This document shows, one piece after another, positions 55,353-64,000 of a stretch of DNA of 64,000 nucleotides. The stretch covers positions 285,820,001 through 285,884,000 of the forward strand of contig OZ024742.1 in assembly GCA_964016885.1 (NCBI GenBank), given 5' to 3'. This DNA is from Eledone cirrhosa. Lineage: Eukaryota. The notes under the pieces were generated by a model that saw nothing but the letters and a program-made list of their open reading frames with translations, made no database searches and was not told where the DNA came from. Each line of letters opens with the position of its first letter. Within the stretch, counting starts at the first letter, position 1. Made by a program: the position numbers and the translations under genes.

Positions 55353-58300
55353 TTTTCTCTTTCTCTTAATTTCGAGTATATTTTTTTTGACCGGCCACCT
55401 TCCTGGTGGCAAGGTTGTAAAAGAAAAAAAATTGTCATCCCTTGAATCGCAAGAATGTTTTGCATATTTTGAAGGTGCTAGCTATCGCAGCCATTTGTAG
55501 ACTATGAATTAGGGAGCTGCGCTTTTTGTCCGCAAATCCAAGTTCGGTCATACTTTGGTCCAAGCGGGTTGGTATATAACCCGTAGCACCAATAATGATG
55601 GGTATGAAGCTAAAGGTGTATCTTGGATACTGGATTTGTAAGCTCCTCATCAATGGTCCGTAGATGTCCTCCTTCTCCTGTATTTTTCTGACAACGTTTA
55701 CATCAAGTGGGCAGCTGATCTCCACAACAGAACACGTTTTCAATGTGTGGTCCCAAACTACAATATCAGGCCGGTTGTGCTTTAATTTGGTGGCAGTTTT
55801 TATTTTCAGGTTCCACCAGTATTCCTTAGTGCCATCTGTCTCAATATATTCTTCCTCGTTTGTTGTTAATTTTGTTTTCCGAAGTGCGTTCCAGATAGTT
55901 CTAGCTATCCCATCGTGTCTCATGGGGAGGTAGTAGCGAGATGACATTCTTTCGCAGCTGGCAACAATGTGGCTTACATCCTCGATCTTTGTTTTACATA
56001 GCCTACATTTATTGTCAGCTGCTGGCCCTCCTCTTTTGTGCAGCAGATATTTGGTAGGGAGTTCTTGTTCCTGTATTGCATAGAGATATCCCTCAAGGTG
56101 TGATGTCATAAACTTGTCGGAACTCCATGCCAGGCTTTTTGAGTGGTTTATCCCCTCTATGGTCTGTGTTTTACGCCTCAAGTATCCATGCACAACTTTC
56201 TCTGTAAATTGGTCAATTTTTTTTTCTTGTTTGAACATTGAATAGGATCTTCCGATTTCTCTGGGTGAGAGATTTATATCAGGCTTTATTCCATATCTCT
56301 CCTCCAGATCAGTCGCTATTCTAATGATATTTCTTTTTTCATGCTCATAAACCTGAGCAAGATGGTCGCCAACCTTTTTCCTCTGTTGAAGGTGTTGCTT
56401 CAGTGTTACTATCCGGGTCTCATATGTTGTTAATATTGATTTTAGACCCCGGCCACCTTCCTTGCGTGAGAAGTATAGCCTATCCACATCACCATTGATG
56501 TTAAAGTTCCCAGTAACACTGAGAAGTTTTCGAGTTCTAACATCCATCTCACTTAGTTCTTGCAATGACCAGTTCAGTAGGCCAAATGTTGGCGTTAGAA
56601 TTGGCACAGCATAGGTATTGTGGGCAATGTATTTGTTGTATGCTGACAGTTCTGATGACCATATTTTTTTTACTCATCTGAGGTATTCAGTTCTGGTTCT
56701 CTCCTTATTTATGGGTCCATCATATCTGACATTCTCATCCTGTCCAAGATATCTGTAGTTGTCACCTGACTGCAGAGGTTGTATTGTCAGGCCGTTCATA
56801 TCTAGATTTCTAGAGGAGGGCACAGCTCTTCCACGTTTTACTGCCAAATATGCACACTTGGACTCACCAAATTTCATTTTGATGTCGGTTGAAAATTGTG
56901 TAATGAGGTCCAATTGTTTCTTGATGTCATTGATATTTGGCCCATACAACTTCAGGTCATCAACAAAGAAAAGATGGGAGATACTTCTGGGCCCACTTCT
57001 TTGTCCACCTTGTTTCCTGAGTAGGTAAGATAGTGGATTCAGTGAGAGAACGAAGAGTAGTACTGACAAGCTATCACCCTGAAAGATGCCCTTCTGGTAA
57101 TGTATCCTATCAGTCTTAACCTGCTCCTTCTCACCTCTAAGGATCAAATTGGTGTACCAGTTCTTGGTCAGGCGTTCAACAGCAGCTACTAATGGTTGTG
57201 GGACTTTAGCTAACTGTAAAGCCTTAATAATCCACCCATGAGGTACACTATCAAATGCTTTTTGATAGTCCAGCCACACGACAGTCATGTTTCTGCGATT
57301 CTTTGTTGTTTTTTCCTGAATCATTTTGTTAGTTAGTAGGTGATCTATGCAACCCCACACCTCCCTCTTTCCACCAGCTTGCTCAGGTGTTATGATGTTG
57401 TTGGTAGCACAGTGATCCTGTAAGAACAGGTTAAGGCACCCAGTATATAATTTATACATGATGTTTTGGCAGGCAATTGGGCGGTAATTTTTAGCAAGGG
57501 TGGTTTGGCTATTTTTGGGAATGAGGAGAGTAGTGGCAGTTGATAACCATCTGGGCAGTTCTTGTGTGCCCTTAATGGTTTCTGTAAACAGCCGTATGAG
57601 ATCTTGCCGATAGAAAGTGAAATTCTTCAACCAGTATCCTGTAATGAGGTCTGGGCCTGGCGATTTCCTATTCGACATTTTCTGTAGAGCTGTTTCCAGT
57701 ATTGACCCATCTATGTCATATTGTTTTGTCTGGACATGTTGGCAGTAGTCCTGTTCCAGTTGTTTTAGCCAATTAGCTTGTCTGTTGAATCCGTCATCCG
57801 TTTCCCATACAGATCTCCAGTAGTTCTCAACCTGTTCTTTTGAAGGGGTGTCGTTTACAGGGATTGAGCTTTTGCCACCGACGCTGCGATAAACTGATTT
57901 AGGATCTCTGGCAAACAATCTATTTAGCACTTGTCGTTTATGGGCTGTTGACTTATATTTTAGTCTTTCTGTTGTAGCTGTGAGTTGTTGTTTCAACTGG
58001 TGTAATTTGGAGTTCAAAGTTTTAAATTTGGTATCTCCAAATCGTCTCTCTAACTTTTTCTTTAGGTCTTCCTGGTGTCGTGTGAAGTTTCTCTCTATGT
58101 TGCATTTCATAACGACTGCGATGTGTGAGATACTTCGTCTCAGGGACAAAATTTTGGTTTTTAAATTTCGCATCCACGCTGGTTCAGGCTTTCTGTTTGT
58201 ATCTTGATTGCGTGGTTTTAGATGTGTGTTATATGATAGCAATGTGACAGCTGAAACATATAACAAAACATTGAGCGTTTCAAATGTCGTTTCTACACCT

Positions 58301-59360
58301 TTAGATCGTATAGCCTTCAGATAATTGCCAGCTATTTCGTTCACCGCTTCCAATTCCAATTTAGTGGGTTCTTTACTGACTCTAGTGTTGTATGGTCTGT
58401 CACTCACATTAAGGCTGTGTATCTCTTGAAACATATCGTTCCATATCACTTGTAGGGTGCCCACAAGTTTTTGGTGCTCTGTTTGTTCAGTAGAGTCATG
58501 AATTGCAGCCTCGTTGTTGATGTGGTGACAATTACTACTAGAGTCAGCTGACCTTTCTCGCTGTTCTTCAGTGGAAGTGGGATGGATTTCAGCAAAATTG
58601 TTGGTGAGCTGTTCACTGTTAGATTTAGCTGGCCATTCTCTTTGTCTGTCAGTGGAGGTGGGGTGGTTGTCTACAAGGGCTGTATTTGTAGTATCACTCG
58701 ATTCCGTTAGATGTATCAATTTACATCTAATGATACGTTTTGCCTGTTCATTTAGATGCTTTGGAGAAAAGTCTAATTCTGGGTGTTTGGAGTTCCATAA
58801 AGTTTTTAGCCTTTGCATAAAACCGAACTTTTGGGGTTCAGATTGTTTGTATGCTTCATATAATTCTTTGTTAAGCTCGTAGCTCCACTGTATACAACGG
58901 TTGTAATTGCGATTTGGTCGAAGGAGACTTGTACTTTTTGCCATGATGAGTTCGTCTATTCACTAATATTTTGTATTTATTTTTTTTAAATAGTCAGAAT
59001 CAAATTTAAAGTTATTCACAGCTTGGGTAATATTTCTTTTCAGTTAGTTTTTAATTCTACAACTGTGTTTTAAACGTTGTTCTTGAATAGTTTGAATCGA
59101 GAACAAAAAGAACCGTTACTTAGTATATTCCTTTACGAATGTAATATAATATAACAACGCTGTATTTATATGTTAAAGTTTATGTATCATTCATATAAAT
59201 AGGTGTTCTACAACATATTCACAACATTCACAGTTCAAACACTTATATTTTTGTTTCTGAATCGAAAACGTTACTTTTATATTTCTTTATAAATGTAATA
59301 TAACAACGCTGCATTTATATGTTAAAGTATATGTATCGTTCATATATCATAAGTGTATGT
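55353..59360 (-). mobile_element. Near full-length R4/Dong-clade non-LTR retrotransposon (RT, CCHC, REL endonuclease) in a (CATA)n tract
   Basis: Single-ORF layout; KSPGPD, NYRPI, WLDYQKAFDSVPH, GIFQGDSLS, FVDDLKL, CRLC..H....C, RHD, RPDIVV..D, VVEISCP. 5' boundary approximate; ~155-bp direct repeat in the 5' region. Confidence 0.88.
55435..58944 (-). pseudogene. LINE ORF of 1170 codons with one in-frame TGA (56674-56676)
   Basis: Both ORF-track pieces are in frame; the bridge reads EYLR*VKKIWSSELSAYNKYIAHNTYAVP. Confidence 0.88.
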
Positions 59361-59367
59361 ATCGTTC

Positions 59368-59402
<35 letters not shown>

Positions 59403-59421
59403 TGTATGTATGTATATATAT

Positions 59422-60030
59422 GTCAGGTCACCACTTGGTGCTACTGGTAACATGTATCCCAATACAACCTGACACATGGTCGGGTCGTTGGCGACTAAAC
59501 TGGCAACCCCACCAAGGTTTCCTGGTGAGGAGGGTGACTTTGGACATCCTGCAGGACTAAAAACAAAACCTGTCAAAGGGCAAAGGAGCTCTTAAGAGTC
59601 AATGGCCATCCAAAATCACTGGGAGAGATGACCCCTTAGCCTTTGTCAAGGCAGAATTCTAGGAGAAGGAAAACTCTGATATAACACCTGCAACCCTGAT
59701 GGTATCCAATGATGTTGACTTGTTCTTCTTTTTGGTAAATATCATCTTGGTTAAGAGAGTGGGACTGGCTTTGTGCAGTGCCTTTGCTCACTATAAAAGC
59801 TTCACGGCACAGGCATTGCTTTGTATCTGGAGATCTCTCTGCACTTGTCGTCACATGGTACCAAGGGTAAAGCACTACGTGTCATTAATTGTCACAAGTG
59901 TAGTGTTTGTACCAGAGTTTTCAAGTCGCTGGCTGGACTAAAAAGTCACACTCGTTCAGCGCATCGGTAGGGGTTCTCCTACATGGATATAAAGTAGTGG
60001 CCGTACTCGAAAACGAGTTGGCAGCCACCA
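59422..60030 (+). mobile_element. ~610-bp non-coding element, complete copy
   Basis: Four copies in the window, always at TATG/TA tracts in the same polarity. Confidence 0.85.
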
Positions 60031-61087
60031 TGTATGTATGTATGTATGTATGTATGTATGTATGTATGTATGTATATATATTTATATGTGTATATATGTA
60101 TATGTATATATATGTGTATATATGTTTATATGTGTATATATGTATATGTATATATATATGTATGTATGTGTATATATATATATGTATATATATATTTATG
60201 TGTGTATGTATGTATGTGTATGTATGTATATATATTTATGTGTATATATGTATATATATTTATATGTACGTATATGTGTATATGTGTATATATGTGTATA
60301 TGTATATGTATATATGTGTATGTATGTATATGTGTATATATGTATATATATATTTATATGTATGTATATGTATATGTATATGTGTATATGTGTGTATATG
60401 TGTATATATGTATATATATTTATGTATATATATGTGTATATGTGTATATGTTTATATGTATATATGGGTATATATATTTATATGTATGTATATATGTATG
60501 TGTATGTATATGTGTATGTATATGTGTATGTATATATATATTTATATGTATATATATATGTGTATGTATGTGTATGTTTATATGTATATATATATTTATA
60601 TGTAGATATATTTATATGTATATATATATTTATGTGTATATATATATGTATGTATATGTATATTTATATGTATATATATGTATGTATATATATATTTATG
60701 TGTGTATATATGTATGTATGTGTCTGTTTATATGTATATGTAGTGTATGTATATATGTATTTATATGTATATGTGTGTATGTATATATATTTATATGTAT
60801 GTATATGTGTTTATATGTATATATATGTATGTATATGTATATATATATGTATGTATATGTATATATATTTATATGTATGTATATACTTATATGTATGTAT
60901 ATATATATGTATGTATATGTATGTATATATGTTTATATGTATGTATATGTATGTATATATATATGTATGTATAAGTATATATATGTATGTATATATATTT
61001 ATATGTATGTATATGTATATATATATGTATGTATATGTGTATGTATGTATATATATATATGTATGTATGTGTATATATATATGTATG

Positions 61088-61118
<31 letters not shown>

Positions 61119-61415
61119 GTATATATATGTATGTATGTGTATGTATGTGTATGTATATGTATATGTATGTATGCATATATATGTATATATGTATATATGT
61201 ATGTATGTATATGTGTATGTATATATATATATGTATGTATGCATATATATGTATATATGTATATATATGTATATATATATATGTATGTATATATGTATGT
61301 AAATATATATATGTATGTATATATATATGTATGTATATATATGTGTATGTATATGTATATGTATGTATATGTATATGTATGTATATGTATATGTACGTAT
61401 ATATATATGTATGTA

Positions 61416-61451
<36 letters not shown>

Positions 61452-61502
61452 TGTATGTATGTATGTATGTATGTATGTATGTATATATGTATGTATATAT
61501 AT
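60031..61502. repeat. ~1.5-kb degenerate (TATG)n/(TA)n microsatellite
   Basis: Directly visible. Confidence 0.95.
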
Positions 61503-62083
61503 GTCAGGTCACCAGTTGGTGCTACTGGTAACATGTATTCCAGTACAACCTGTCTTATGGTTGGGTCGTTGGCGACTAAACTGGCAACCCTACCAAGGTT
61601 TCTTGGTCAGGAGGGTGACTTTGGACATGCTGCAGGACTAAAAGCAAAACCTGTCAAAGGGCAAAGGAGCTCTTAGAGAGTCAATGGCCATCCAAAATCA
61701 CCGGGAGAGATGACCCCTTAGCCTTTGTCAAGGCAGAATTCTAGGAGAAGGAAAACTCTGATATAACACCTGCAACCCTGTTGGTATCAAATGATGTTGA
61801 CTTGTTCTTCTTTTTGGTAAATATCATCTTAGTTAAGAGAGTGGGACTGGCTTTGTGCAGTGCCTTTGCTCACTATAAAAGCTTCATGGCACAGGCATTG
61901 CTTTATATCTGGAGATCTCTCTGCACTTGTCGTCACATGGTACCAAGGGCCCAGCACTAAGTGTCAATAATTGTCACAAGTGTAGTGTTTGTACCAGAGT
62001 TTTCAAGTCGCTGGCTGGACTAAAAGTCACACTCGTTCAGCGCATCGGTAGGAGTTCTCCTACATGGATATAAAGTAGTGGCC

Positions 62084-62087
<4 letters not shown>
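61503..62087 (+). mobile_element. ~610-bp non-coding element lacking its last ~23 bp
   Basis: Near-identical to 59422-60007. Confidence 0.85.
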
Positions 62088-62170
<83 letters not shown>

Positions 62171-62332
62171 TAGATAAATATACACGGGTGTGTATGATTG
62201 TGTATAGAAGATTATATTAATAAAAGGAATTCCAACTTTGTCTGATTTACTCGTTTTATTTACAATCCTTTTAAATTTATAATGGTATTAGAATGAAATA
62301 GTATGATAGAATATTAAATGTTAAGTGTTCAT

Positions 62333-62371
62333 TGAACAAGTACTTTCATACTTTCGCAATCTTCAGGTTCA
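62333..62371 (-). ncRNA. Minimal type I hammerhead ribozyme (U10.1·U11.1 variant)
   Basis: TGAAC-CTGAAGA-T-TGC gaaa GTA-T-GAAA-GTAC-TT-GTTCA. Confidence 0.82.
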
Positions 62372-62457
62372 TGTGTGGTGACAGTCAAGTTTGCAATTTT
62401 AAACTGTTTATATATATATATATATATATGATTATAGTTACAAGTATATATATATAA

Positions 62458-62615
62458 CTGTTTCTACTTTTGGCACAAGGCCAGCAATTATCCAGTGCAT
62501 TACTGGTACTTTATTTTATCGACCCCGTAAGGATGAAAGGCAAAGTCAACCTCGGCGGGATTTGAACTCAGATCGTAAAGGGACGCAACTATGTTGGAAA
62601 GCATGGCGTCCGAGT
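62458..62615 (-). mobile_element. tRNA-derived SINE
   Basis: Reverse complement of family core and B-box. Confidence 0.8.
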
Positions 62616-62707
62616 GGTAAGGAACCAGGTGGACCATAACATACCAGAGTCCAGAAATAGACGTCGAAACGAGTTGAGCTCTGCCGTCGGGGTCCTGACT
62701 CTTTTCC

Positions 62708-62738
<31 letters not shown>

Positions 62739-62744
62739 ATAATA

Positions 62745-62779
<35 letters not shown>

Positions 62780-62837
62780 AATAGTTATAAGTATATATAT
62801 ATATATATACACATATATATATATATACATATATATA

Positions 62838-62906
<69 letters not shown>

Positions 62907-63007
62907 TTATATATATGTGTTTGTGTATACTTTAATATTATTTCGATACTCATCTTATTTAGTATCCCACATTACAGTCTTTTGTAACTTTCCTTACTTC
63001 CTTGAAG

Positions 63008-63056
<49 letters not shown>

Positions 63057-63265
63057 CATCACCATCACCCCTACTACTACTGCCAATACCAACACCACTA
63101 CTACCATTACTACTGCCATCACTACCACCACCTTTACTACCACTACTGCTGCCATTACTCACACCACTACTACAATTACTACTACTACCATCACCACCAC
63201 CACCACCCCTACTACTCCCGCCACTACCATCACCACCTTCACCACCACCCCTACCATCACTACTT
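63008..63265. repeat. Degenerate (ACT/ACC)n low-complexity tract
   Basis: Directly visible; similar tract at ~8540-8700. Confidence 0.85.
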
Positions 63266-63597
63266 CCTTGCCAACGTACCATCGGTCTATAGTGGCTTTG
63301 ACTGTGTTGTGGTATCAAATACTAAGTCAGATTAGGTGATATGCTAATCTGGTAAGATCAAAGAGGGAATTATGTGTCAAATGTCATCTAAAGCAAACTC
63401 TTTCAGAGGAATGAATTACAAAAATAAATAAATAAATAAATATATAAATACATAAATAAAAATGTCTCTAATCTTAAAAGATCTCACGAGACAATAGTTA
63501 CAGAAACAAAAAATAAATGGAGCAATGTGACAAATTTTAGTGAGAAAAATAAATGAAAAATGTTTCTGAATTTTCAAAACTGTCACGGGTTTTGTTA

Positions 63598-64000
63598 TTA
63601 ACCCTTTTGTACAGTTGCCATACTTCTAACGAAAACCATTGCCTCATCTTTTTTAAACAAATTTGAAAATAATCCAGAATTTGGAGTGGTTTAACTAATT
63701 TATTAAATTGGTGTTTCTGTCTTTATTAAGTTGGTGTCTGGTTCTTACATAAATAACGGAAAAATTTAAAGATAAATATAAATACTTTAACCCCTTCATT
63801 ACCATATTCCCAAGAAAGACACTGCATATATTACTTTCAAGTAATTTTGAAAATAATCCAGAATTTGGAGTGATTTAATAATATAACTAACTTAAGTTGG
63901 TGCCTGGGTCTCACATAAGTGACGGAAGAATTTAAGATAAATATAAGTACTTTAATCCCTTCATTACCATATTTCTAACAAAAGACATTCCTATAATTTT
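63598..64000 (+). repeat. Diverged ~165-190-bp tandem repeat beginning TTAACCC, running off the window
   Basis: Unit starts at 63598, 63787 and 63952; shared ttgaaaataatccagaatttggagtg. Confidence 0.7.

Noticed and set aside
56674-56676. Programmed readthrough or a two-ORF structure in the LINE
   Set aside because: The context EYLR*VKKIW fits an Arg codon mutated CGA>TGA, and R4-clade elements have a single ORF.
59422-59520. HDV-like or twister ribozyme at the end of the 610-bp element
   Set aside because: Several alternative helices exist, but I could not build P1.1/P2 of an HDV fold or the twister consensus, so it is not called.
62917-63339. Thr-rich mucin-like ORF
   Set aside because: Coincides with a degenerate (ACT/ACC)n tract, has a non-ATG start and no splice or signal-peptide evidence.

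Overview
AT-rich animal genomic DNA with no confidently identifiable host gene. The SINE and microsatellite make-up suggests an octopod cephalopod (inference). Most predicted ORFs are translations of (TA)n, (CA)n, (TATG)n and (GA)n microsatellites. The real content is mobile DNA: at least five Penelope-like element (PLE; RT plus GIY-YIG) bodies or fragments and many PLE terminal-repeat remnants in (TA)n tracts; a near-intact R4/Dong-type LINE (one internal stop) in a (CATA)n tract; four copies of a ~610-bp non-coding retroposed element; decayed RTE-clade LINEs; a Chapaev3-like DNA transposon; MITEs; many tRNA-derived SINEs; and an ~11-kb array of a 51-bp unit. The main signal absent from the ORF track is a dense set of type I hammerhead ribozyme (HHR) motifs: about 20, at least 7 with intact cores, several with non-canonical U10.1·U11.1 or U3-A8 cores. 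They organise the surrounding DNA. ORF-less 467- and 482-nt HHR-to-HHR units look like retrozymes, a 103-bp tandem array has unit boundaries at the predicted HHR cleavage site, and inversion breakpoints cluster at the HHR core/stem II. All ribozyme folds were read by eye and are untested.
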